The notes under the pieces were generated by a model that worked only from the letters and a program-made list of their open reading frames with translations, was not told where the DNA came from and made no database searches. A DNA stretch of 64,000 nucleotides from a virus. Its lineage: Duplodnaviria > Caudoviricetes. Location: the IMG/VR virus record IMGVR_UViG_2706794911_000004, positions 44,422-108,421 of that record; one strand, given 5' to 3'. Position numbers and translations under genes: made by a program. The first letter of the stretch is position 1. Each line of letters starts with the position of its first letter. Positions 39,628 to 48,513 of the stretch are shown in pieces.

Positions 39628-39837
39628 GTGAGAGGAATTAGTACCAGAGGAAAGAATACGTATAGTGTTATGAATCATTGTGGTTTTAGTGGTGTTACTA
39701 TTGTGAAAGAAGGATTTAAACTACATATCCCGCCCCACCAGATAAAAAAGGACGGTGGCTTTAAGAAGACAGTGGCTAAGATGCTACTGTCTTTTGATTT
39801 AGATGGACTTATGTCACGTGGTATAAGCATACAGTAA
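39628..39837 (+). CDS. Hypothetical protein
   Basis: AAGGAGG RBS. Confidence 0.6.
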   Translation: MRGISTRGKNTYSVMNHCGFSGVTIVKEGFKLHIPPHQIKKDGGFKKTVAKMLLSFDLDGLMSRGISIQ

Positions 39838-40004
39838 CGAATAGTTTCATAATGCGGAACAACTTTCTGTTAACAGCTTAGTTGTTGTTCCGTATCGTGA
39901 AACAACTTAATAAAAATGTAAAAATTAAGTAAGTAGCGAAGCTGCTATAGCGGCTTTAAAAACAACCCTTGAAAAGAGTCGTAGAGGGAAGTTTACTTTT
40001 CCCC

Positions 40005-40033
40005 TTAACTTCTTGCGATTATCACGGTATATA
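40005..40033 (+). promoter_or_regulatory. Phage promoter motif TTAAC-N16-GGTATATA
   Basis: Fixed-spacing copy. Confidence 0.7.
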
Positions 40034-40089
40034 TTAATGTAACCTGCTGGGAGCCTATCTCAGCAAATAAAATTTAAGGAGAATTGCAA

Positions 40090-40944
40090 ATGGAAGAAAT
40101 TAGAGGTTTTAAAGTTTTTAATCCTGACTGGACTTGTAGAGAGTTTCAATATGAAGTGGGTCAAACGTATAAGCAGGAAAGAAAACCAAGTATTTGTGAC
40201 ACTGGATTTCACTTTTGTAAAGAAGCAAAGGATTGTTTCAACTATTACAGATTTGACCCAAACAATAAGGTTGCAGAAGTTGTTGCACTAGGTGAAATTG
40301 CAGAAGAAGGTGACAAATGCAGCACTAACAAGATTGAAATTGTCAGGGAAATTCCTTGGGGTGAACTGCTATCTTTGGTGAACCTTGGAAAAGGCAATTC
40401 AGGTCTTTGCAACAGCGGTGATTGGAACAGCGGTGATTGGAACAGCGGTAATTGCAACAGCGGTGATTGGAACAGCGGTAATCGCAACAGCGGTGATTGG
40501 AACAGCGGTGATTGGAACAGCGGTGATTGGAACAGCGGTAATCGCAACAGCGGTGATTGCAACAGCGGTAATCGCAACAGCGGTGATTGGAACAAGGCTT
40601 CCAATGTTGCAGGGTGTTTCAATACAGAGCAGCACAAATTAGTGTTCTTTGACAAAGAAACAGACATGACCTTTGAACAATGGAGAATGTCAGATGCATA
40701 TTACTTAATGAGCCAAATTGATTTCAGACCTACTGAATGGATTTATGAAGAAGATATGACTGATGAAGAAAAGGCGGCACACCCTGAATATGAAACAACA
40801 GGCGGTTATTTGAAGAAACGTAACAATAAAGATTCATGCATTAACTGGTGGAACGGACTGCCCGAAGCAAGAAGAGATGTTATCAAGAGCATTCCAAACT
40901 TTGATGCTGAAAAGTTCTTTGAGATTACTGGAATCAGAGTGTAA
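40090..40944 (+). CDS. Pentapeptide (NSGDW) repeat protein
   Basis: GFKVFNPDWTCREFQYEVG...GFHFC N-domain; NSG(D/N)(W/C/R) repeats; TTGGYLK...IPNFDAE C-domain. Confidence 0.9.
   Translation: MEEIRGFKVFNPDWTCREFQYEVGQTYKQERKPSICDTGFHFCKEAKDCFNYYRFDPNNKVAEVVALGEIAEEGDKCSTNKIEIVREIPWGELLSLVNLGKGNSGLCNSGDWNSGDWNSGNCNSGDWNSGNRNSGDWNSGDWNSGDWNSGNRNSGDCNSGNRNSGDWNKASNVAGCFNTEQHKLVFFDKETDMTFEQWRMSDAYYLMSQIDFRPTEWIYEEDMTDEEKAAHPEYETTGGYLKKRNNKDSCINWWNGLPEARRDVIKSIPNFDAEKFFEITGIRV
40411..40594 (+). repeat. 15-bp tandem repeat AACAGCGGTRATYGS, about 12 units
   Basis: Directly visible; encodes the pentapeptide repeat. Confidence 0.95.
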
Positions 40945-41151
40945 TAACATAGGAGGTGAAAGTATGGGACTAGAGTTAAAACGGAGTATTGTCATTAGTG
41001 CAGTAGCCGCCCACACGAGGTTACCACTTATTTACGTAACAGGATTGTTTGATAGTCTTGTTGTGGGTGGGGCAATCAGTAGTAATACTTCTATATATGA
41101 TACCACTAGTATTCTTATGGAGTCTGTCTAGCCCCGCCCCACCTACCCACT

Positions 41152-41178
41152 GACTTCCTTAATTGGAAGTCTTTTTTA
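41152..41178 (+). terminator. Rho-independent terminator
   Basis: GACTTCC/GGAAGTC plus T run. Confidence 0.7.
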
Positions 41179-41226
41179 TTGTCATCAGTCATTCATGCAT
41201 AAAAATCTATAGAGGGAGGGTTGCAT

Positions 41227-41364
41227 ATGAATACTATTTTAGGTGTCACTGATAGAAATATTGAAAAAGAAATACTGCTTGGAATCAATGAAAGAGCGTA
41301 TGAAGCAGGAATAATTGACTATGAACTTTATACTAAAGCTAGGGCAGACCTAGAAAAATTATAG
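41227..41364 (+). CDS. Small SHOCT-like protein (45 aa)
   Basis: GGAGGG RBS; ERAYEAGIIDYELY. Confidence 0.5.
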   Translation: MNTILGVTDRNIEKEILLGINERAYEAGIIDYELYTKARADLEKL

Positions 41365-41495
41365 CCTTTCCCTGTCTTCGTAGTATTCATGCCTAAGAAT
41401 CTTGTCTAGTGATGGACAGGTATTGGTGACGTAATTAAGCTTTTACAAGAGATTAAAAACAAAGTTAAAAAGCTAAATAATTAGGAGGGGTTAAA

Positions 41496-42167
41496 ATGGA
41501 TGATATTAAATTATGCAAGTCTGCACTAAATGACTGGTTTGAGTATTACATAAGTGGTAAGAAGTTAGCAGACTGGTGCACACATAACGGTAAGAGCGAG
41601 GAAGAGTTGTCTACCGTGTCAAAGCAAATGTCCGCTAGGTTTAGGTATGGCACAACAGACGCAGAAATTATACCCATTATAACCAAGGCTAAAAGGTATT
41701 GGTATGACGAGTATCTTAAGTTTAATGGCAAAGTTGTAGATGCAGTAGAGTGTGCAGAAGGCGACTACAGTACTGTTAGGGGTAGGTTCGGATCAGTCAC
41801 AACTGAGCTCAGCAGGTGGAAAGACTTTAAGGCATCAGGTGAATCACTTGAGAGTTACGTTAGTAGTTCTGCCCCCACCCAGTCTACTGGTCATTTCAAG
41901 CTACTCAGTGCTGTATACGATGGTTATGAACCCAGCAACAACAATGATATTGAATTTACTTTTAGTCAGGAGGTATACATCCCTTCCACCAAAGAGGGTT
42001 TTACCTCCTCAAATGAGACAACAGATACAACAAAGATCGACAAATTAACTGATAAGACACCAGAAGTTGATAAGGTCCAGCGAAGCCGTACAGTGTCATT
42101 TAAAATAAATGGTAAGGCTATTGAAATACCTGAAAACATGTTTGAACGTGCGATGGCGTGCATTTAG
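41496..42167 (+). CDS. Divergent IS66 TnpA (Orf1)-like DNA-binding protein
   Basis: W...SGKKLADWCTHNG and WKDFKASGESLESYV resemble the TnpA HTH; C-terminal VSFKINGKAIEI; upstream of a TnpB-like gene. Confidence 0.5.
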   Translation: MDDIKLCKSALNDWFEYYISGKKLADWCTHNGKSEEELSTVSKQMSARFRYGTTDAEIIPIITKAKRYWYDEYLKFNGKVVDAVECAEGDYSTVRGRFGSVTTELSRWKDFKASGESLESYVSSSAPTQSTGHFKLLSAVYDGYEPSNNNDIEFTFSQEVYIPSTKEGFTSSNETTDTTKIDKLTDKTPEVDKVQRSRTVSFKINGKAIEIPENMFERAMACI

Positions 42168-42195
42168 TGAAAATATATTATAAGGGAGTGTTTTT

Positions 42196-42543
42196 ATGAA
42201 AATGAGTTTAGCGGGTAAGACGTTGAAAGTTAACGTAGCGGCAGGTGTAACTGACCTAAGAAATTGTAGCAACGGTTTATCTGAAATTGTGCGAGAACAC
42301 TTTAAAATGGACCCTACAAATGGTCAGATGTATGTATTTGCGAATAGAAACCGAGATATGATTAAGATTATGTGGTATGACATACCAGATCAAACTAGGC
42401 ACTTGCATACAGTAGAAGCAGAAAATAGATTTAGTTTCAGTTGGCTAGATGGTACTAAAAAAGGTACTGCTAAAATAACTTATGCTGAGCTAAACCGCCT
42501 ACTGTCTAAAAGTTACCACCAAATTTCACAGATTTCAGTATAG
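42196..42543 (+). CDS. IS66 TnpB (Orf2)-like accessory protein
   Basis: GVTDLRNCSNGLSEIV...DPTNGQMYVFANRNRDMIKIMWYD matches the TDMRKG.DGL...DP...FVF.NR..D.IK.L.WD signature. Confidence 0.8.
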   Translation: MKMSLAGKTLKVNVAAGVTDLRNCSNGLSEIVREHFKMDPTNGQMYVFANRNRDMIKIMWYDIPDQTRHLHTVEAENRFSFSWLDGTKKGTAKITYAELNRLLSKSYHQISQISV

Positions 42544-42588
42544 CGTACTTAGTCACTACCATCAAATAAAAATTTAGGAGGAGTTAAA

Positions 42589-42993
42589 ATGGATTTAAAA
42601 AGTGTAGTAGAGGAAGCTTTAAGGTATTACCTAAATGACAATACAGGTAAGTTTGATGACGGTGAGTTTATTGATATGCGTTACTTAAAACCCAGTGGCG
42701 TAAGGGATAGAATTGTTAAAGCTATTGCAGGTAGTGGCTTAGTAGGTAGCCCGCCACCCACAAAGGTTTTTACCAGTAGGCAAAAAGAGCTAATAAAACA
42801 ACTAACTGGTGACTATATAATGGATTCTGGCATTACCTTGTGTAATGCGGTAGAGGATGAAGACCCCGAGAGCCTAGAGCAAAGTATAGTCGAATTAAAC
42901 GCTGCCGCAGCGGTCTACCTTTACTGCCTACAAAACACAGATGACGAAGGAACAGAATGTAACTGTAGCGGGGGGTGCAATTGTGGTAAATAG
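42589..42993 (+). CDS. Hypothetical protein
   Basis: AGGAGG RBS; not transposase-like. Confidence 0.65.
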   Translation: MDLKSVVEEALRYYLNDNTGKFDDGEFIDMRYLKPSGVRDRIVKAIAGSGLVGSPPPTKVFTSRQKELIKQLTGDYIMDSGITLCNAVEDEDPESLEQSIVELNAAAAVYLYCLQNTDDEGTECNCSGGCNCGK

Positions 42994-43080
42994 AATAGGT
43001 ACGTTGTTATTTCAGGGGGTGCTTATAAGCACCCTCTTTATTTTGTGGAGAAATATTAGGAGTGAAGTCTAAAAACCCAC

Positions 43081-43109
43081 TTAACTTCTGCTGGTCTGTA
43101 AGGTATATA
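43081..43109 (+). promoter_or_regulatory. Phage promoter motif TTAAC-N16-GGTATATA
   Basis: Fixed-spacing copy before an RBS. Confidence 0.7.
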
Positions 43110-43129
43110 AGTATAGGAGGTGTTAATGT

Positions 43130-43285
43130 GTGAAAAGACAATGGAGAGTTATATATTACAACGGAGTAACTACATGTGGAGATAAACAGCTCAAAGAGCT
43201 CGTACAAAGTGAGTTAGAGTTCATACATAGTATTGAGCTTATTGAAAACTATGAGGGGGCGGAGAAATGTCTAGATACTTTGTAA
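43130..43285 (+). CDS. Small hypothetical protein (51 aa)
   Basis: GGAGG RBS, GTG start. Confidence 0.45.
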   Translation: MKRQWRVIYYNGVTTCGDKQLKELVQSELEFIHSIELIENYEGAEKCLDTL

Positions 43286-43533
43286 TACAAAATAATGCAG
43301 ACGGCGTATGTATCGACAGTGTGGATGAGAAAACATTGCTGGAAAGACTGAGAACAGATGAGCAAGGTGAGTCGTATTATGGGGCAGACATGGAGTTTTT
43401 GGATTATCTACCAGACATATATGCTGGTAGCTTTATGTGGGGGGACGACAATCATGTCGTTATTATTAAAGGAAATGTGGTTGTACCTAAACCTGTCAAA
43501 GTAGTCACAGAATATACACTGGAAGATGTCTAA
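43267..43533 (+). CDS. Hypothetical protein
   Basis: IIKGNVVVPKPVKVVTEY C-terminus. Confidence 0.65.
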   Translation: MSRYFVIQNNADGVCIDSVDEKTLLERLRTDEQGESYYGADMEFLDYLPDIYAGSFMWGDDNHVVIIKGNVVVPKPVKVVTEYTLEDV

Positions 43534-43624
43534 TGGGTGCTATATTAATTGCTATGCTGGTCATGTCACCTTACCTAATTGTGAGGCTATTGGTTAGGTA
43601 GCATAGTTAAAATAAATTTAGGGA

Positions 43625-44272
43625 GTGGTATTCTTGAGAAAATATGTTGAAGGTTTGTTAAAAGATCATGAGGTAAATGGTGCTGTGGTATTCAATTGCA
43701 CAAATGAATCATACGCCATTACCCTTCTATCTAGCTTAGATAACTTAGGTTACACATGGTTGTCTGGTGAGAACTTGGACCATCACTTATGGTGTGGTGG
43801 CAGTAGTTGCTATAGGGTTGACATCATCAGTAAGGCAGTAACGTGGGGAGGCAGGAGCCTATATGAAAGACACAATTGTAAGATAGTTGAATTTAAGGGG
43901 CAACCTATTAGTATAATAGATATCCTAAAGGATAATGCACAGAATGTTGCTGATAACATGGGCCCCGCCCGCCTGACAGATACTGATATATTCTGGCTTG
44001 AACTTGCATACGTGGCGGTAAAGGACAACAATTTAGATATTTTCTCTTATGATAAAACAGAATACCTCTTGTGTGTGACTATGGAGGTACCTGCAGTGGC
44101 ATGTTCATCACATACTCCATACAGTAAATACTACGAAGTGAGCATTAGCTTAGACACGCTAGCTATTGTTTTGTCAGTACCTACTGCTGATATAGTCAGG
44201 TCAGTATTAAGCTTACGCCCCCCGCTAAATTTTAAAAAGCTAGTAGTAGGGGTGGGTGTTAGTGGAGAGTAG
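43625..44272 (+). CDS. Protein with one repeated domain plus C-terminal domain, paralogous to 54351..55661
   Basis: VFNC...LDNLGYTWLSG...SCY...IVEFKG. Confidence 0.65.
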   Translation: MVFLRKYVEGLLKDHEVNGAVVFNCTNESYAITLLSSLDNLGYTWLSGENLDHHLWCGGSSCYRVDIISKAVTWGGRSLYERHNCKIVEFKGQPISIIDILKDNAQNVADNMGPARLTDTDIFWLELAYVAVKDNNLDIFSYDKTEYLLCVTMEVPAVACSSHTPYSKYYEVSISLDTLAIVLSVPTADIVRSVLSLRPPLNFKKLVVGVGVSGE

Positions 44273-44822
44273 TGTAAGAGTTAAACTCATAGATAGATAC
44301 AGAGTAGCCAGTAATGTATCTGTCCTACTTATGATAGGCGTAATAGCGTTCCTGCTTCACATGCTAGGTGACGAATTTAATGATTTAAACCTGCAGGTAG
44401 AAGAACTACGAACTGCAAATAGTGATCTACAGATATCTCTTACACAAGCATTACTCTATACTGAGGCACTTGAAGCTGAAGTGGTAGAACTTAAAGTAGA
44501 AAATGAAAAGCTTAGGACTTTTAGAGCAAAGGTTACTGCTTATTCTCCTTACGATGACAGGAATGGTATTAATTCTAGTGGTGACCCGAGCGTAACTGCT
44601 ACTGGCACCCGCCCGCGTATTGGGGTGGCGGCAGTAGACCCAAAAAAGATTCCATATGGTTCAAGATTATTAGTCCCTGGGTATGGTGAGGTCACCGCAG
44701 AGGATACAGGAGGTGCTCTGAGACAGTATGATGGCTACGCTATAGATGTATTTATGGACACCTATAGTGAGGCTATGTCGTTTGGCGTGAAATACATCGA
44801 TGTAAAAATATTAGACCACTAA
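44256..44822 (+). CDS. Membrane-anchored 3D-domain cell-wall protein
   Basis: TM plus coiled coil, then VTAYS...TATG...AVDPKKIPYGS...AEDTGGA...IDVFM. Confidence 0.9.
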   Translation: MLVESSVRVKLIDRYRVASNVSVLLMIGVIAFLLHMLGDEFNDLNLQVEELRTANSDLQISLTQALLYTEALEAEVVELKVENEKLRTFRAKVTAYSPYDDRNGINSSGDPSVTATGTRPRIGVAAVDPKKIPYGSRLLVPGYGEVTAEDTGGALRQYDGYAIDVFMDTYSEAMSFGVKYIDVKILDH

Positions 44823-44858
44823 CAAGTGGTCTTTTTGTATGGGCTAATTTATTAGCCC

Positions 44859-44887
44859 TTAACTTTTTGCTGAGTACCCAGTAAGTA
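44859..44887 (+). promoter_or_regulatory. Phage promoter motif TTAAC-N16-AGTAAGTA
   Basis: After a terminator, before AAGGAGG. Confidence 0.7.
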
Positions 44888-44907
44888 TAGTAAAGGAGGA
44901 ATGTTAG

Positions 44908-46515
44908 ATGGTTAGAATCAATGCAGCTAAGGTAGATAAGTACCTACATATCACAGAGGAGAAAAAGAAAGAGTGGCTGAGACTGTTTCCCTTCCTTGAG
45001 TTTGATAGGTTTGGGCGGGCAAGTGTAGGTAACATACAGGTAGATGATACAGCGTTGGCAGAAGAGTTGTACAACTTTGTATTGAGTGAAAGCTTTTTTA
45101 ATGCGATAAAGATATGGGAGAACAAGAATGAGTTGAAGCTACCAAATTACTTTGACATAGCCCTTAAAAGGTTTAACTGCGGTACCACTCGCCTTGTTGC
45201 GAACAGCGAAGTGTACCTATGTAGTACGGCGGGCGGTGAGGACAAGCATATGAGACTGTCAAAGATACTTGCACAAATACAGGCAATATGGGAAAAGGAA
45301 ACATGTCCTGAGTATTCAGAGTTAAGAAAAGAAATTAAGAAGCTAAGAAAAGAAGGGCTCACTTTTTCAAACAGTCTTGAGTTAGTAGATCTAAGTGAGA
45401 AGAAAAAGAGCCTAGAAATAGGTAACTTCTATGTTGCCTACGACCACTTTCAGAACGCTATAAAAAAGGGTACTGAGATGTGGCTTTCTATTAACCCGCT
45501 AGACTTGATTACTTCTTCGGGTAATCAAGGGGATAACCCCACAAGATTTGACTCATGCTGGTCACTTGAAATGGAGCTAGCCTCAGATGAAATTCATGTT
45601 GACAGATCTGGTTGTCATTCATCAGGTTCTGCTTGTTTGAACATGGGAAGAATTACAAACCGAGGTATATTATTCATAAAAAATGGTAGGACACTTAATG
45701 TTCCCGGCACAGACTTCGATTTTATCGGTTATTCAGAAAGATCCCATGTTTGGCTTGATGAGATATGCGGAAACAGTAGTCTCTTCTTAGAAAGGGTATA
45801 CCCTTCTAAATGTTACGAAAGGAGACGTGACTGGTTTGAGGCATTAACCAAGTCAGGTTTTGATGTAAAAGAAGAATCCTGCAATACAGAAGAATTTGAT
45901 TACCAAGATAGTGAAAACTTGAATAACTACTCAAATAAGTCGGGTGGCGCATTGTTCCTTGATAACGTAGCTATTACATCTGGTACATTGTACTATTTAA
46001 ACGGTTGTAGAATGGATTATGACTACGATGATAACATAGACGGAATCATAGAAGCTGTTTATTGTTGTGAATGTGGGGATTCCACAGATAGTGATGACAG
46101 GTACGAAGTAGGTGGTAACATATATTGCAGTTACTGCTTTAATGATAGATATGTTAGTTGCCAATATTGCGGGGAGCCTGTAGAAATCAATAATGCAATT
46201 GAGATAGAAGGCTACTACTACTGTGAGTACCACGCTAACGTAAGAGGTTGTCAGTGTGAAGGTTGTGGGGAGTGGGCATATACCGAGCACATGGAAGAAT
46301 ACAACGGTGATTATTACTGCCGTAGCTGTTTTGATGAACACCACACTTACTGTGCAAATTGTGGTGAAGCTGTCAGTTACAATGATGCAGTTGAATTAGA
46401 ATATGAATACTACTGTGAAGACTGTGTATCAGTTTACAGTTCGTGCGGTAGTAAGTATCCAGTATCTGATGGTTACTTTGTATGCAAAAATTGTACAAAC
46501 GAAGGGGTGGCATAG
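44908..46515 (+). CDS. Hypothetical protein with C-terminal tandem zinc-ribbon repeats
   Basis: Repeated CxxC...YCxxC units; central SINPLD...DSCW motif. Confidence 0.7.
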   Translation: MVRINAAKVDKYLHITEEKKKEWLRLFPFLEFDRFGRASVGNIQVDDTALAEELYNFVLSESFFNAIKIWENKNELKLPNYFDIALKRFNCGTTRLVANSEVYLCSTAGGEDKHMRLSKILAQIQAIWEKETCPEYSELRKEIKKLRKEGLTFSNSLELVDLSEKKKSLEIGNFYVAYDHFQNAIKKGTEMWLSINPLDLITSSGNQGDNPTRFDSCWSLEMELASDEIHVDRSGCHSSGSACLNMGRITNRGILFIKNGRTLNVPGTDFDFIGYSERSHVWLDEICGNSSLFLERVYPSKCYERRRDWFEALTKSGFDVKEESCNTEEFDYQDSENLNNYSNKSGGALFLDNVAITSGTLYYLNGCRMDYDYDDNIDGIIEAVYCCECGDSTDSDDRYEVGGNIYCSYCFNDRYVSCQYCGEPVEINNAIEIEGYYYCEYHANVRGCQCEGCGEWAYTEHMEEYNGDYYCRSCFDEHHTYCANCGEAVSYNDAVELEYEYYCEDCVSVYSSCGSKYPVSDGYFVCKNCTNEGVA

Positions 46516-47544
46516 ATGAGAAAACAGTTATTGAAAGACTTATTGCAGATTAGCTCAGTGTCAGGTAAAGAAGAGCTGGTAGTACCCGTTATATTAGATG
46601 AACTAGAGAGTTTAGGTTTCACCGCCCACCAAGATGCTATTGGGAACGTATTTGCTACTAGAGGAAAAGGTCCTTATCCACTACTTAATGCACATATGGA
46701 TATAGTAGACATACAAGGTTATGGTTGGTTTTATGGGCAAAATGACAATATCTATGATGCCAGTTATTACGAAAACTTAATGAGTTACGGTTTAACCTGC
46801 GGAGACTGTGTCAACTACAATTACTGTAAACTTCTTAATCCTCTTTTGTGTGAACACTTTGAGGTTACCGGTGAAGCTGCGTATATACTAGAAATAGCAG
46901 AACTCGACTATCTCATGCCCGAAGATGTGGATATGGCTGACAATTTTTGCATCACTGAATCTTATGGGGTTTTAACAGGTTCAGGTGAGAGGGTTCTTGG
47001 TGGTGATGATAAGTGTGGTATATTTATAGCCCTTGAGCTGGCTAGGCTTCTCCCCCGCCAACCCTTCAAAATCCTATTCACTGTGCAAGAGGAAGAGGGC
47101 TGCGTTGGTGTGAGACATGCGGTTAAAAATAAAAAGTGGTTTAAAGACATCCTGTATGCTCTCGTGATAGATCGTAAGGGTGGTGATAATCTTTTATGGT
47201 CACAGTTGGGCAGTAAAAGTTGTAGTAATAATTTTGCTTCACAACTTGCAATGAGAGGTGTTGATGCGGGTATAAGCGTTCAGGTAATGGATGGAAGTAT
47301 ATCAGATACCATGTACTTAAAAAATGTTGTTCCAGAAGCTGTAAATGTGTCTGCTGGTTACCATGATGCTCATACAGAAAAAGAGTATGTGGTGCTAAGC
47401 GAGGTAGCAGGTATTATAAATTGGCTTAGCCACTTTATAAGAAACTACCATGATATTAAAACTCTCTACAAACCAGTAGTACAATATAAAGCACCCAAAA
47501 AGAAAAAATCAAAGAAGTTATGTAAACGTAAGGGGGCGGTGTAG
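46516..47544 (+). CDS. M20/M28-family zinc peptidase-like protein
   Basis: NAHMD, GGDDKCG, QEEEG, IDRKG, SDT, GYHDAHT. Confidence 0.85.
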   Translation: MRKQLLKDLLQISSVSGKEELVVPVILDELESLGFTAHQDAIGNVFATRGKGPYPLLNAHMDIVDIQGYGWFYGQNDNIYDASYYENLMSYGLTCGDCVNYNYCKLLNPLLCEHFEVTGEAAYILEIAELDYLMPEDVDMADNFCITESYGVLTGSGERVLGGDDKCGIFIALELARLLPRQPFKILFTVQEEEGCVGVRHAVKNKKWFKDILYALVIDRKGGDNLLWSQLGSKSCSNNFASQLAMRGVDAGISVQVMDGSISDTMYLKNVVPEAVNVSAGYHDAHTEKEYVVLSEVAGIINWLSHFIRNYHDIKTLYKPVVQYKAPKKKKSKKLCKRKGAV

Positions 47545-48072
47545 GTGATTATTGAAGTGAAGAATGTACTAAACAGCCATACAGGTATGTTGGGTGAACT
47601 TGTTCTAGTGTCTTACGTGTATAGAGACAAAGGAAGTGTTCCGTTAAACCAAGGTTTAGTAGTATTTCATAGAGGTGAGTTCATAAAGTCTTTCGTACTC
47701 ACACCAGATGAGGTCACTAACATAATTGAGCATGGACAAACCGTAGTAAAAGACATTGGATATATACTCAGCTTTACCTCCACCAACCTCCAGTTATTCG
47801 AGCTATGCGGCTATGGCGGAGCAGGAGCAATACATGAAACAAACTTCAAAGTAAGACGGACGAAAGAATGGGTTTTTGAGATAATGCAACCTCTCGATTA
47901 CTTCAAGCTTGATTTATCAGCAGAAACATATGGCTACAAAGGCATTCAGTTAGCTGTTATCACAGCACTACAGAATCCAATAGAGTCAGAGAACATGATA
48001 CGTTGCGACCTACCTAATAGCGGTTATGCACTTATCTTTGACTACACCTTGGGTGGTGATAGCGTTGGGTAA
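47545..48072 (+). CDS. Hypothetical protein
   Basis: Coupled ORF. Confidence 0.6.
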   Translation: MIIEVKNVLNSHTGMLGELVLVSYVYRDKGSVPLNQGLVVFHRGEFIKSFVLTPDEVTNIIEHGQTVVKDIGYILSFTSTNLQLFELCGYGGAGAIHETNFKVRRTKEWVFEIMQPLDYFKLDLSAETYGYKGIQLAVITALQNPIESENMIRCDLPNSGYALIFDYTLGGDSVG

Positions 48073-48349
48073 TGATCTTAAATCTTTAATAGAGATGCAT
48101 CTACACCTTAGCGTGGATAGCATTCTAGATGAGTTATCTATGGTGGGTATCATACTCACCCCTCAGACGCTTAGAGTGTATATGAGGGAATTTGGTCTAG
48201 AAGATAAGCATAAGGAATTGCGGGCGAGGGCCAAGCCTAAAGACAATAGAGAGCCTAAAAAGCTTAAGCTATCCTGCCCCTACCCTACTTTTGTTCACCG
48301 CAGTGCAGCAAGAAGTAAGAAAGAAGCTGTAAAGAGAATTTATAAATAA
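48065..48349 (+). CDS. Basic hypothetical protein, possible HTH
   Basis: LTPQTLRVYMREFGL; TTG start inferred. Confidence 0.5.
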   Translation: MGNDLKSLIEMHLHLSVDSILDELSMVGIILTPQTLRVYMREFGLEDKHKELRARAKPKDNREPKKLKLSCPYPTFVHRSAARSKKEAVKRIYK

Positions 48350-48363
48350 GGAGGCAGGTTGGA

Positions 48364-48513
48364 ATGAAGCTATATCTAAACAATGGTGCTGTAGTGCATA
48401 CTACTTTACCTGAACTAGACACCTTAGCAGTAACCGATTATATACTAGACATTTTAAGGTTTTATCGTGATAAACTAACTAAAATTGAATGGTTGGGGAG
48501 CGATGCGGAATGA
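48364..48513 (+). CDS. Small hypothetical protein (49 aa)
   Basis: GAGG RBS; ATGA coupling to the next gene. Confidence 0.45.
   Translation: MKLYLNNGAVVHTTLPELDTLAVTDYILDILRFYRDKLTKIEWLGSDAE

Noticed and set aside
40245-40667. Alternative-frame repeat ORFs (TAVI, SPLFQ)
   Set aside because: By-products of the 15-bp tandem repeat
41380-43000. Complete IS66 element
   Set aside because: No TnpC transposase, terminal inverted repeats or target duplication seen
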